Below, piece after piece: positions 12,043 through 26,185 of a stretch of 64,000 bases of DNA (within the stretch, counting starts at the first letter, position 1; each line of letters starts with the position of its first letter). The notes below the pieces were generated by a model that had not been told where the DNA came from, searched no databases, and worked only from the letters and a program-made list of their open reading frames with translations. Source of the stretch: Sphaerodactylus townsendi (lineage: Eukaryota); the NCBI RefSeq assembly GCF_021028975.2, contig NC_059440.1, positions 30,938,001 through 31,002,000 of the forward strand, written 5' to 3'. The position numbers and the translations under genes are program-made.

Positions 12043-12577
12043 GTAAGTAACAAAGTAAAGGCCCTGAGCTGGTATTTTCTTATTTCGGTGGCCTGCAGGC
12101 TGCAAGGAAGGGCATATTCCGGGTCTTTCTTCACAACGTCCTCGGAGCCCCGTGCTTTGATCTTTGCCCACAGTTGCAAATGAATGAAATAAAGTCTCAA
12201 ACACCTGCTCTTTGCTACTTCTGATTCCTATCCTTCTTCCACACAGTGAAAACGGGTTGGGGGGAGAGAAAAGAACTGAACGCCTGTTCTGCTGTAAACC
12301 TCACACAATTAAGCCTCTTCTCCTTTTTCTCTGGGAGGTGGAACTTAGATCTGCATTTAAATTTGCCCCAGAATTTTCTGGCACTTGGTTCAGGGTTGGT
12401 TTTCTGTAAGTTGCTAGTCCTCGTTGCTACTGAGGTGACCTTGGAGATGGCAGCTAAAGGTCCAGAGCAATTATCCCTTTGCACAAACCCAGATCTGTTT
12501 GCCCAAGCTAGGATCCAGAGCATCTTATTTTCACAACAGAAACAGTCATGAGTATGTGTTGAATCCTTTGCTTCTAG

Positions 12578-12739
12578 AAACTCTTTGGCTACAAAATGGC
12601 AGAATTCCAGGTGACAATCAGGAGCATGTGGCATGCTGAGACAGGAGACTTTGAACAGCTGACTGGAGACACGGCGGAACAGATGGAAGAGGGAGATGCC
12701 GACTTGGCGGAAGACAGCAGCGGGGAGGCGGAAGACTGA
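12578..12739 (+). CDS. MRTO4: MRTO4 exon 8 (last coding exon, acidic tail, TGA)
   Basis: KLFGYKMAEFQVTIRSMWHAETGDFEQL...GEAED*; spliced CDS 732 nt = 243 aa. Confidence 0.95.
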   Translation, partial: KLFGYKMAEFQVTIRSMWHAETGDFEQLTGDTAEQMEEGDADLAEDSSGEAED

Positions 12740-12840
12740 CCCACCTCCTTAGAAGGGACATTTGGAAATTCTTTTTCCGTTGGGATACAGGACTGAGCTG
12801 ATCAGCTAAATATTTTATTTATCAGAAGAAAGAAGCTTTT

Positions 12841-12846
12841 TATAAA
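12841..12846 (+). terminator. Candidate MRTO4 polyadenylation signal (variant TATAAA)
   Basis: No AATAAA seen on + between the MRTO4 and AKR7A stops; TATAAA is followed by a GU-rich tract. Confidence 0.4.
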
Positions 12847-12991
12847 TGTGTACAAAAAGTTGGTATGGCTGTGGTCTGTCTGCCTCTCTGTGTAAGGGAT
12901 GTGAATACCAATCAGGAGAAGCGCAGGCAGAGTTGACCTGCAGTTAGCCAGACAAATGAGGTACAAACACTGCAGACCCCACAAAGATAGT

Positions 12992-13106
12992 TTCAGAGGG
13001 TAACTGTGTTGGACTGCAGCAGAAGAGCTAGAGCCAAGTCCAGCAGCACCTTCGGGACCAACAAGATTTTTCAGGTATCAGCTTTCAATTTTCAAAGCTC
13101 CTTCAC
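12992..13106. mobile_element. Degenerate Penelope-like repeat fragment (second family)
   Basis: TTTCAGAGGGTAACTGTGTTGG...GACCAACAAGATTTT...AGCTTTC; resembles in reverse orientation 61835-62005 and 45560-45650. Confidence 0.45.
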
Positions 13107-13482
13107 ATAGAATCTGAATAGTGGCTTTTTCCCGTCTCTTTTAAAAAGATGTTAGGGAGTTTTTTTCCCAAGGAAACATGAAAAGAGACTGTGATAGTTC
13201 AGGTACTAGAAATCAGAGAGGAATATCTGTTGGGGGGCAGTGTTCAGGCCAGATTTCACTGTTTACCAAATTGAGGCAAGATTGTTGTGAAAGGATATTG
13301 CTAAGAACTTTCAATTTATGTATCGCTAAGAACTTTCAATTTCCTCAAAAATGTGTTCTATAGAGGGAAAGCCATGCAGAATTCTGGCTCCTTCGGAAAA
13401 AGCAACATGGTTCTTGCAAGACAGGGTGCCTCAGCTTAGGAAACTATTTACTTAGTCAGATAAGTCTACAGATAGAACTAGG

Positions 13483-13488
13483 TTTATT
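13483..13488 (-). terminator. Candidate AKR7A polyadenylation signal AATAAA
   Basis: TTTATT on + strand, about 315 nt past the AKR7A stop. Confidence 0.55.
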
Positions 13489-13802
13489 ATTATTTTTAAT
13501 TCAAGGCAGGGGGAACACGAATAGTCCATTTCTTGCATAACTTTTTTGATTTGAAAGTTCACACTATTATCCCTTTCTTGTGGAAAGGCAGTTAAAGTCT
13601 ATAAACATCAAAAATTATTCATACTAATTTTTAAACCTGGGGGTGAGGAATGCTACTGATTGAAGGCAACAGCGGCAGGACCCCCGTAGCCTCACCGAAG
13701 AGGACAGGGTGGGGGAGGAAGGCAGCAAGAGGATATCTGAAAACAGTGATGCTGATGTCCTTAAAATACAACCGGCTCTGTTTCCATACTGGCGGCTCCA
13801 GT

Positions 13803-14030
<228 letters not shown>

Positions 14031-14377
14031 TTATCCTAAGACAGAGAAACTAGCCACATGTTACCCAGCATGCTCCATCACAGAACAGGGATTCGAAGCC
14101 AGCGGCCAACCCTTGAGATCTAACTCTGCCGCCAAGTCAGCACTTGCCTACTGAAATTGCAACACCAGAGGCCCCTGGTTCTATACTCAGAAATAACAAT
14201 CTCTGGGGCCTTTGGTGTTCAAAGGTCCTTTATCAAAGCAATCCTTTCCCTCCCGGAGATTTTGCAGAATGCAAACAGAACAACCCTTACTTCTGAGCAC
14301 ATCAAAAAAGGGGCAAGATACTCAAGTCATTCAGAAGTGACTTTCAGTATGCTATGTTTGCAAGTGAAAACAGTTCA

Positions 14378-14572
<195 letters not shown>

Positions 14573-15135
14573 TCATATTTCCACATCGCTTATGCAGTAT
14601 AAGCCAGCCGTCTTCATCAGTAACGAAAAGGTACAGCTGCTTACATTGTCATGACAAAACTATCCCAGTTTGCTAATTCTACACTACTTGCATCAGGTCC
14701 TATATATTTGGAACTTCTACAACAGTCACAGCTCAGCAGTAAATTTCCAAACCTACATAAATGAGGCTATTTTTAAAACAAACATTGCTAATTTTTTGCA
14801 TAACTATTATGGTCACAAGGAGGCCCCAGCTGGGGCCACGGCGTCAGATTCACTGGATAGCCAGCTCATCACGGCACCTTTCCAAAAATGAAATTCCTTA
14901 AGATACAAAATAAACATTAAAATGGGAGCAGCTTTCTATTTCCTGTCTTTGCTTTAGGACTATGAGAGACACAACTTGCCAGTTTTTTGGGGAGGGGCAG
15001 ATAGCTGACCCTGCTGTTCCTTCTCCTTTTCGCTCATCAACCATCATTGGGGAGATAACTCTGCCCCTCACTTTCAGTTTGCTGATACCCCATCTCATGC
15101 TATGGAGATGCCAGCGGCGAACAGCAACAGACTCA

Positions 15136-15249
<114 letters not shown>

Positions 15250-15515
15250 TCAGGAACCATTAAAGCAACCCAGACTGGTGTCCAGGGGGATTCCTGCACT
15301 CTCCACCTGCACAATCATTGCTTTTATACTTTGGTAGCTCTTTATTCCCTCCAGCCCCTCCATTCATTTTAGGTTTTGAGTTAATTTGTTTGCAGAGTTT
15401 GAGATTATCCCAAGTTTGAAGAAAATGGCTCCACCCCCAGCACTTGTGATCCACATCTCTGCCCCCCACAAAAGCAATCCATGGCCCAGACCCCCAGCCT
15501 CCACCCAAAACATTA

Positions 15516-15665
<150 letters not shown>

Positions 15666-16102
15666 TCAGAAAGCAGCAGGAGATGGGGCTGTTGCCAACT
15701 GACCCAAAACACACAGTTGTGGCTGCCCTTGTGCCTTCAGAGGGCCTGCAGAAATCAGTTCCTTGCAGACAGGCAAAGAGAGGATTATCTTCCCACACTT
15801 TCAAGCTGATCAGCCATGAGGACTAGGAATGCAGTTTTTAAAAACGGGGCTCTGAGATTCTCAGCAAGCAGAATTCTGCAACTGCTACTACATTACCCAA
15901 GGATTTTGGGCTCCATCGTGGCTACCCCGCCCCCCTGGCCTGACAGTGGCGCCGCTAGTCTATAAGTCATGATAGGGGGTCCCACTTCTCTGGTTATTGA
16001 ATCACACTGGAAAGGACCGCTCCTCTCCAGGCAAGATCCCAGAGGAGGGGACACAGACCGCAGCATTAAAAGAGCAGACCTCAACGAGGCCAAGTCTCTC
16101 AC

Positions 16103-16207
16103 CTGATACACCGTCGGCAGGACCCAGTTGTGGGATTTACAGAGGGTACAGATCTCTGCTACTTCCCAAGCAGCATAGTTGGAGAGGCCGAGCTCCTTAA
16201 ACTTCCC
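16103..16207 (-). CDS. AKR7A2: AKR7A exon 3
   Basis: GKFKELGLSNYAAWEVAEICTLCKSHNWVLPTVYQ; 105 nt. Confidence 0.95.
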
Positions 16208-16930
16208 CTGTCAAAACAAAAAGCAAAACATCTCCACCCCTTCAGCTCTACTTTTGTGCCAACCTAATAGAAAATGTAAGAAGAGTCCAGTTGGTTCTGG
16301 CCAGAGGCACACCTGAGTCCAGCAGCCAAAGATGGCTCTAGAAAGCCCTCGAGCCAAACCCAAAAGGGGCACATCTGCCCCCTGCAGTATGTCCCCAACA
16401 TCTGGGATGTGGAGAAAGACTGCCTCGGCACACAGAGGCTCTCTTTCGCTACAGGACGCAAGTTTGACGGAGCCGTCCAGGGGCTCCCTTTGTTTAAAAA
16501 CTAACAACATTTACTTCAGTGTGAGTTTTTGCCAGTCAGAGCTCACTTCTTCAGATACATGGAAAGGAAATCATGTTCAGAAAACTCATAGGGAAAATTA
16601 CAGAGGGCAAGGAAATGAGTTGAGGCAGGAAGAGATTTGGTGTGATTCCCGTAGGAATATTTCAAATGTAAATCTCTGTGTGAGGAACTGAATTTCCATT
16701 TTCCAATGTTGGTTTCTGGAATCCCACTGAAATGTACCCTTGGATACCACCGGCTGGGACACACGAGAGGTCGGGGCTGTTTTACCACATTCTAATTTAC
16801 TCGATAGGCTGGTTAAAATGCATTGGATCAATTGGCTGTGGTTTTGCTGACTCGCCCCATCGCAGCGCCCCCAAGTGCAGTGTTGGCAAATCGCATCCCC
16901 TCCCGACGCCCCAAATCTCAAGGCCTGTCA

Positions 16931-17395
<465 letters not shown>

Positions 17396-18372
17396 TCAGA
17401 GGTTCTGGTGACTGTGAGCGTTTTTGCTTGGCTCCAGAACGTCTCTTCTAATTCTCAGACTTCCCTAAAACGTTTCTGGATTTTGGCAGCCAGGCACTTC
17501 TAAGAAGCCTCTGACAACCTGAGGGTGAGGTGGGTGGTGCCCCTCTCCATTCTGCCACCAACAGGCAAATATTCCCTAGCCAAGCCTCAGTTTGAGCCAG
17601 GACCCATCCTGGTTTCTGGGCCTATTTGGCAACCTCTGGCTCTCCTTGGGGTGAGCGTGGATAGGAAAGGCGAGAGCATCTTGGAGCATGAGCAGAGCCC
17701 CTTTCCTTCCCTGTCACTAAGCAACCTGTTCCCAGCTCGAACACATCTGAGATGAGGCCAGCAGGAAGGGGATCTTTGTGGGAGGACAAAGGCCAGTGAG
17801 TGGGTAGTTGTTGAATAACCAGTTTATCAGCCATCCTGGGTAGAAGATCTTGGGGGAAAGTTACTTCGAGGGCAAAAGTCCAGAACAGAAGCTGAAATCT
17901 GTTCCTTCAGTAATCTGGATTTCTGCAGAAACAGATTTTAGGGGTTAAATTTAGGATTAATTACATCAAGGAAGAGTTAGGCTGAAGAGGGAAAGGCACT
18001 CTGCATGTGCTCAAGAGCACCCTTTTATTGTCCAGTTTTACAGTCGAGCACATTCCAGATCTACCGTTCACAGTCGTACTTCCTAGAAACGGGAGGAACG
18101 TAATGCGGGAAAGAACACAGTTAGTGTAAATTGAGTGAAATACGCTCTCTGCACATGATCAGAAGCAATCTCCCTATTGCTCAGTTTGGCAACCTGGTCT
18201 GTCTGCTTCTATTGTTCCCACACCTTCTTCAGACCGGCCTCAGAAACTTCACTGTGTCGTGGGTTGGATTAGATGATCTCAGGATACTTCCGCCATCTCC
18301 CCTCACACACAGACACACACGCTGCCCCTGGTCAGAGGCCCTCTGCCTCAGGTGCTTTGCACCTTGCTCTAC

Positions 18373-18589
18373 CTGCCCTGGCCCCTGCAGGCTCCGCAAC
18401 CAGCAAAGTGCCCAGGATCCGCTCCGACTCGCCCGCAGCATACACATGGGCAGTGTCCAGCTCGCAGTGCCCACGGTCCAGGAAGGCCCGCAGCAGGACC
18501 CGGCTGGCATCCAGGCCAGTCCTCCGCCCAAACTCCATGGTGCCCAGCACAGAGCGCACGCTTCGGCCCTGGCCACCCGGCACAGCCAT
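18373..18589 (-). CDS. AKR7A2: AKR7A first coding exon, proximal copy B (no N-terminal leader)
   Basis: [72 protein letters not shown] + G|GTAGAG donor; phase matches exon 2 (333-aa product). Confidence 0.8.
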
Positions 18590-19321
18590 CCTGGCGGCTT
18601 CTCTGTCTGGAACTGCCAGGAGTGGAGGAGCAAAGGTGACTGCATTTTAGGCTGTTCAAGGAACCGTCACAAAATTTGTAATGCCAGAAGGACACCTTTG
18701 GAGGAGGACAAAGTGTAGCAACATCTGGCACCTGCTATTCACAGGCAAACTGCCTCTATACATGGAGGATCTTTTTTTTTGCTCTGGCAGTAAATAGCTG
18801 GCAATAGATCCTGACAAAGGAGGCTGCCCGGATCAAGCCGGAAGGGCCCTCTGCTTGCTCAGCGTCCTGTTTCCAGCATGACCAACCAACTGCTTTTGAG
18901 AAGCCCCTAAAGACAGTGGCCCTGCCTGGCTGGCACTCAGATAGACTGCTCCTGAAAACTGAGGTTCTGTTTAGAGTGGAAATGCCTAACAGTGAAGGGC
19001 CACCAAGACGTTCGCAGCAAAACCGGGGACGGCTGACGACACACATCCACACACGCAAACCTCTCCTGCTTTCCTGCATGTCTGATGGACCAGCTGCTCT
19101 GCACATGCTCAGAGGACCTTCACTCCTTTTTTAAATGACCCAAAAATGATGTGCAGGGAAAAGGCACTCAGCATACGCTCAGAGGCCCTTTCCAGGTGGG
19201 CTGAAGGAATTCAGAAGCTGCCAGGATAAGAGCCCTGAGCGGTCGGTGGCCCATCAAAAGGGAGCTGCCTCCCTCCCTCCCCCTTGGGTCTGTTCTCCTC
19301 TGGGTTCCCCCGACGCCTTTA

Positions 19322-19792
<471 letters not shown>

Positions 19793-21489
19793 CTATGTGC
19801 AAAGGGAAAACCCCGCACCGGCAGGCGCTGGCTCCGAGGTGGCAGACAGACTGCCTCTGGCCACGGAGGCTCTTTCGCTCAACAGCCGGCGACGGAGCCC
19901 CGCGCCTCACCCAAGGCTGCCTGCAGGGTCAGACCAAGCCCAGTTTCCAGTGGTGGTGGTGGGGGGTCCTTAAAGACGGTGGCCCCTGCTTCCTAGCACT
20001 AGGATAGACTGCCCTTGCAACTGGAGGCTCTGTCCAGAGAGTGAAAGCCACACCCGGAGTGAACCACCTCAGCCCCCCGCAGCACCGAAGCTGGGGTGGG
20101 GGGAGCGACAAGGCAGCAGCCCTGGGAACAGCAATAGCAGCCCACCCCATCACTCTGCACGTGCTCAGACGGCCAAATGAGCTGTCCTGCAAGGGCGCTC
20201 TGCACGTGCTCAGAAGCCGCCAGGCATAACAGCAGCACCGAGCAGCCCACCTCCGTGGGGCGTCCCGATCCCTCCTCCGGGGCGGTCTCAGCCATCAGCT
20301 GACCGGGGAGGAGCTGCGGCCGGCCGCGAAACAAAGGCGGCGCCCCCGGCAACAGAGCCAGGCCGGAGAGGAGCGGGTCCGGGGGCCGCGCGGCGCACCT
20401 GCCAGTGGGGAGCAGCAGCAGCATCTGGACAGGTGTGTGCGGCGCTTCTCTTGGACTCCCCCCTTCCCTCGCGGGGGGTCTTTACCCTACTCTGGGGCGG
20501 GAGAAGGGGGGTCCCTTCGGGGCAGGCCGGCCTCCCCTCGTTAAAGGGGAAAGTCCCTCTGCCCATGCTCAGGAGCCAGCCTGAGCTCCTCGTCTCTGAC
20601 TTGGGACAGCGAATCCGTTCTGGGACTGAGGACTGGAGGAGGCGCTGAAAAGGACCCCTGTTAGGGGTGGGGGGCGCCTCCTTCCTCCAGCCCCGTTTGC
20701 AAGCTGTCGACTCGGGTCTCCAGGGGCACTCCGGCTTGCCTCGCCGGGCTGGTGTCCGGATAAGCTGCCTGGGGGCGCGTTTGGGGTCCTGTAAATGCGG
20801 GGAGGGGGCTGGTGGGTGAGGGGCTAAAGGGAGACAGGTCTCTCAGCCCCACCACTTAGCCCCAGTGAAAGCCAAGTGGCCCACGTAGGTTTATGTACCC
20901 CATTCCTTGAGACTCCAAAGGAGGAGTGCTGGGTTCCAATCCCCCCATTCTGCCTTTGCCGCTCTAGTTGGTCCCCCGTTTCCTTCTGGCTGAGAAATGG
21001 GGTTTTCCCTTTTCCCACTCTGGCACTTTTGGGTCCGAGCTCCTCCCCAAAGTGTTGAAGGGATCCAAGAAAAGGGGTCAGGGCCGAATGTTCCCTCTGA
21101 GCCCCCTATTATTTCGCAGTGACCTTTCCCCAGCCTTTCTACAAAAAGTGGTCCTCACTGGGGGGCCCTACTTTCCTTGCCTGCACCCCAAAGCCCCCTA
21201 GTTCTTCCCTTGCTGAAGAGAGGCCAGACCTGGGAACCTCCCAGGCCCAGGTGGGGCCACTCCAGGACAGGCCTGTTTTCTAAGCTTTGTTCGCTGCAGG
21301 GGCCATTCTCAGCAGACCGGATTGCAAAAGACCCTTTGCTGACTGGAGCATTTTCTTATTTTTGCTTTTGCAAAGCCTGGTTCATTTGCCACGTGAGGAG
21401 GACACAGGCCACGATGTGGTCATCCTTGCTGCAAAATGGGATTGCCCTGTTCTCTCAGGCTTAAAACTGGATGACCCCTTGATAAGAAC

Positions 21490-21812
21490 GGATTTTATTG
21501 GTTTATTTTTAGATTTACACCCCACCCTTCCTCATGGGGCTCAGGACGGCAATAACAAATATAAACCACCACAATAAAAGCATAAAACATCAAAACAATT
21601 AAATAGAATTACAAAATTACCCAATTTCAAGTGGCGACTTGCTAAAACCCCATATGTTTCTCCCTCCCTCCCCCCAGGAGGCCAGAAAAGTAGATGTTAG
21701 CCCAACTGGCCAACAGGGAAAGCCCGGTGTAATAGCTCCATCTTACAGGCCCTGTGGAAGCTACTCAAGTCTTGAAGGGGAGCATATTACAACAGGTGGG
21801 GCCAGGACCGAA
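21490..21812 (-). mobile_element. Degenerate L2-type LINE 3' fragment
   Basis: Reverse-complement similarity to 2105-2660 (TTACAGGCCCTG; CACCCTTCCTCATGGGGCTCAGG end motif); boundaries approximate. Confidence 0.5.
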
Positions 21813-22850
21813 ATTTAACAAGACACATGTATTATTGAACACACAATAATGACTTTTCTGGGTTTAATCCAGCACAGGCCAGCCAGATGGCAGGCATGAT
21901 GTCACTGGTATCTCCCCCACCACCTCCACCAGCATATGGTGTTCAGAGAGAGACTGCGTCTGCCCCTGGAGGCTCCACTTAGCTAAGATTACTCATAGCT
22001 CCTGATAAACCTGCCCACCATAATGAATCTGTCCCATCTCTCTGTTGGTGTTGCTTAAGCTGTCGACGACTCTATGTTATGGGGTTGTGGACCGAGTTAA
22101 CCTGACCGCTGGTAAAATGAGGTGGCCGCACACTGCCACGGCTCTCGAATGCAGAATCCCAGAAAGTGTGACAGTTTGATTCAGTAGAGTTCAGTAGCAC
22201 TTTGTAGACCAACAATAGTTCAATCCAAGATCACTTCCACAGAAGTAGGAATGGAGATTCTGAGTCTTTTAATCACACCTGGGGGGGGGGGGGTTGTCTT
22301 GTGAACGATGCAGAGACACTGTGCATATTGACTGGAGCAGAGTGGATATGCTGGGGGGCGGGGCAGAAAAATAGCATGTGGGGTGTGATAAGAATTCTAC
22401 ATCCCTGTTTGGCCCTGGTGCGGGGAGGGGGGAGTCAATTGTTCTAAATATGTAAAAGTGCAACTTTTGAATTTTCGGCCACCAATGGAATGACTGAGAA
22501 GATTAAAATGTTCTCCTTCTGTTCTTTGCGGGGTGCCATTTATTGGACCTGCGAGAAAACACAGGATAAGATTCCCTGCATCTTCGGAGAATTATAATTT
22601 CCAGCTGTTTGTGGCGGAAGTCAATGTGGTTAAACTGGTTTGAGGGTAACCTAATTTAGGCATTTACATGAGAGTGCCCTATTTGGATCAGTTCCATGGC
22701 TGAGGCTGGATTAGAACTCAGTGCCCTTTGCAGCAGAGTAGTGTTAAAACGGTCGCATTCTTTTTGTCCTCCTTGGCAGGTCTGCAGTTCCACTATGGGC
22801 GGATCCTTGCTGCAGTGTTGTGTGTGAGGGGTGCCAACTCTATTGGATCC

Positions 22851-23017
22851 ATGGCGGTTCAGCTTTGGGATTCCCTCAATGGGAATTTCTCGGATTGTCC
22901 CAACGGCTCCCGGTGGTTGTGGGAAGTCTTCTCTGAATGTGCTCAGGACGGCTGGGACATATCCAGCGTGGTGCTGGGCCTGGTCTCCATCGTCTGCTTT
23001 GCTGCGGCTGCCTTCCC
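22851..23017 (+). CDS. SLC66A1: SLC66A1/PQLC2 first coding exon (lysosomal cationic amino-acid transporter)
   Basis: MAVQLWDSLNGNFSDCPNGSRWLWEVFSECAQDGWDISSVVLGLVSIVCFAAAAF(P); exon acceptor at 22780, GTAAGT donor. Confidence 0.93.
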
Positions 23018-23267
23018 GTAAGTATGGGGCCGGTTCCTCTTGTGTGCCCAAGAGCCCAGGATCCCGGGTGGGAGGAAGGGAAACTCGGGTGCTGTCTCTT
23101 CTGCCCCAGAATGACCTGGGCGTGTCTGTGGTTGGGAATCTAAGCCACGGTGACTCATGAGTGACTCACTTCCTGTCTGGGACACGATCCTTCTCCGCAA
23201 TTGGGTTGCTACAGCTTGATGCCTTACCGAAGTGCCATCAGCAATAACAGCAAACTTTGATTGTAAA

Positions 23268-23414
23268 CTGGTTCTGGTGGGTTTTCCAGGCTGTGTTGCT
23301 GTGGTCTGATAGCTCTTGTTCCTAATGTTTCACCTGCATCTATCTGACCATGGCAACACAGCCCAGAAAACCTACCACAACCAGTTGAATCCAGCCGTGA
23401 AGGCCTTCAACAAT
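23268..23414 (+). mobile_element. Short Penelope-like fold-back insertion
   Basis: Inverted arms plus CCGTGAAGGCCTTCAACAATAC end; flanking direct repeat ACTTTGATTGTAAA (23254-23267, 23415-23428). Confidence 0.7.
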
Positions 23415-24314
23415 ACTTTGATTGTAAAATTTGCCGTCTGTACCCCTTCCCCAAAGCCCCCCGCCCCCGGCTACTTCAGGTGAACATCTTACCTGTTCAT
23501 AACCCATAATCTTCCTAAAAAATAAGATTCCTACGAGCATCTGATGAGAAGGCCATTTAATGGGGGCGGGGGGGAGGGAGAATGTGGATATTGATTTTTT
23601 TTTAAGCATTAGTGTTTCTTAGAAATTCAAAATGCTAGTTGCGAGTCAGTTTGATATCTGTGCTAATCATAAAAGCCAAATTGGTGGCCACTGTGAAACA
23701 GTGAAATGTAAAAAAATTGTATTTACGTCTCTTCCCAACGTTAAAAAGGGGTGTGTGTTTTCCTTTTTTAAAATCAGCGTAAATTTTTTGCTGAACAGTT
23801 ATGTTCTTTGGCATTTATACTAGAACAGGATTAGCCTGCAGTTGAAACGAAATGAGGCTGAACACAGAAATTGAACCAGAACAATAAGTTTTAAAAAACC
23901 ATGCCTGCAGAGCATGGGTACCTGGGGGCGGGGGGGGGGGGGGGGGGGGTTGAGCCGGCTGCTAGACCTGCCCCAACTCACCAAGGAGGAGAGACAAACA
24001 GGCCTTATCTCATGCCCTTGATAACAAAGAATTCCATCAAAAAGAGGGGAAGGAAAATGCCCCCTACATTAGGGGTTTCATGGAATATTGGACCAAGTGA
24101 TCCATCTGCTAACCCAGGAAATAATTTAGCCTATTTGTGACTGTGGGTGAGTGTCCTGAGTTTCAAACCCTTGCCTATTCGGAAGACTAGAACCCTGATG
24201 TGCTAGCTTTCTGGGTGCCAGGACTGGTGGCCAGGTTGCAATTTCTTTCCTGCTACCGGGCAAGTGGCCTTTCCCAGTCCTAACTCCGTTTCTCTCTCTG
24301 CTTCTGCCCTTCAG

Positions 24315-24444
24315 CCAATATTACCAGGCTTGCAAAACTGGCATCATGGATCAGGGCCTGTCCATCTTCTTCCTCTTGGGATGGTTGGGCGGAGACCTCT
24401 TGAACTTCATTGGTTCTGTTTTGGCTGACCAGCTGCCGCTGCAG
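24315..24444 (+). CDS. SLC66A1: SLC66A1 coding exon 2 (first PQ motif)
   Basis: (P)QYYQACKTGIMDQGLSIFFLLGWLGGDLLNFIGSVLADQLPLQ; 130 nt. Confidence 0.95.
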
Positions 24445-24692
24445 GTAAAGATTAAAGGGCTGCTCCCCCACTTCTGTTGACCTGGATCGGCCTCAAACAG
24501 CCTCCAGAGAAAGCACAGCTGCTTCTCTTCCGTGAGCTGAGTTGGGGGGCGGGAGACAGTTTGCACGGTTTATGCACGGCTGCTCAGTTGGGCTCCCTTT
24601 GGCACCAAGACAGGGTTTCTTGGTTGAGAGCTCTTGATCTCTTTGGGGCTCTGCCTGCCTTGCTTTACTAATGGCACCTCTTCCTCCTGCAG

Positions 24693-24780
24693 GTTTACAC
24701 GGCCATCTATTATGTCCTGGCTGACCTTGTCATGATCTCTCTCTACCTGTACTACAAAATTAAGAACCAGAACAGAAGCT
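24693..24780 (+). CDS. SLC66A1: SLC66A1 coding exon 3
   Basis: VYTAIYYVLADLVMISLYLYYKIKNQNRS; 88 nt. Confidence 0.95.
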
Positions 24781-25669
24781 GTAAGTAACCGGTCTACTAA
24801 GCTCCCTAAAAAAAAAGCTCCCTCTGTGGCAGAGCCCCCTGAATTCCGATGAAATCCTGTCTGTCCTTCAGCAACATCCCTGTGAGCGCAGCTTGCGTAG
24901 GAGCCAAGGCCCTGAGCCCCTTTTCTGTGCAGGGGTTAGGCACTGTTGTTAGTACCCCTCAGCACCTGCCAAATGACCATCACTGCTTTCCAGCAGTTGA
25001 CCACTCTGACAAGTGGGGGGGGGGGGGTTTCCAGTCCCTGTGGAAGACACTGCAGCATCCCCTGAATTTCCAGAGTGGGAGTAGCTGTTGATGGGGGGAA
25101 TGCTCTCTGCATATGCTTTGAGGCATAGTTCATTCCAAACCTCAGCCTGCCCTCTGCCCTGAGGAACTAGCCTAATCCCCTCATAGCTGACCCAATGGCG
25201 CTCTGGTCAGCCCTCACAAGGGCTTGCTTTAAGCCCCAGTGCCTCTTTATTCTAATCACTGCCTTTCGTAATCTTCAGGAAGGTGGCTGAACTCTAAACA
25301 ACTTCCTGTTTACAGATAACCAAATTGCCTCTGGCTTATTGTAATGCTCTGAGGTTTAGATCTTGGACAAGATCTGTTGGCATTTTATCTGCCCACAAAG
25401 AGCAAAACAAACGCAGGACGGGGCCCAGATCCTCTCTGTTGTGTCTTTGCTCTACTGCGCTGCAGGGTCTGATTTAGTATCTCATGCACATGTGCGCGCG
25501 CACGTGTGTGTGTGTGTGAGAGAGAGAGAGGACAGAGAGAGAGAACAAAAACAAACCTGGTAAGAAATTGGTTTTTGTTAAGCCTTCACTTGAAAAACAA
25601 CGAAAGCAACATTCACTTAGTCCAGGACAGACACGCTCTATCCTATCAATGTTTTTTTTCTACCTGCAG

Positions 25670-25827
25670 TATCCGCCCCGATCAATGCAGTCTTTGCCAT
25701 CATTTTGCTGGGAACGGTGTCAACAACGTCCTTGCTGGGCAGACCCCGGCCTCACAGCAGCGAGGGGACCCGGCTGTTCCAAGGAAGGATGCTTCTCTCC
25801 ATCGAGACTGATGAGCGTGGATGGGAG
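25670..25827 (+). CDS. SLC66A1: SLC66A1 coding exon 4 (3' end assumes a GC donor)
   Basis: (L)SAPINAVFAIILLGTVSTTSLLGRPRPHSSEGTRLFQGRMLLSIETDERGWE; best phase-0 donor is GAG|GCATGT. Confidence 0.8.
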
Positions 25828-25971
25828 GCATGTTCCTTTCCAATAAGGAGCCAGGGGGTGGCTGTGGACACAGTTCAGTGGGCGTAGTATCTTTGTTGCC
25901 TTTCTCCTCCACTGTGGCTTCTTTTCTCCAAGAATTCTTTTTTTTTAACTGACCATCTCTTTCTCCTCCAG

Positions 25972-26064
25972 CCCTTCACCCAGAAGGAAATAATTGGCTT
26001 TGTGATCGGGTCCATTTCATCGCTGCTGTACCTGCTCTCTCGAGTCCCTCAGATCCACAAAAAT
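25972..26064 (+). CDS. SLC66A1: SLC66A1 coding exon 5 (second PQ motif)
   Basis: PFTQKEIIGFVIGSISSLLYLLSRVPQIHKN; 93 nt. Confidence 0.95.
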
Positions 26065-26185
26065 GTGAGCATTTCAAGCCCATGGGTTTTTGGGAGGTGG
26101 TTCCCGAACAAGCCAGACCCGGAGGGGCTTCTGCCAACCTTGCTGAGGTTTAGGTCTTGCTGGGAACTCTCTTCTCAGTCTAGGT

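Noticed and set aside
12188-12193. AATAAA in MRTO4 intron 7 as an intronic poly(A) site
   Set aside because: Isolated hexamer; exon 8 is intact and needed for the conserved C-terminus
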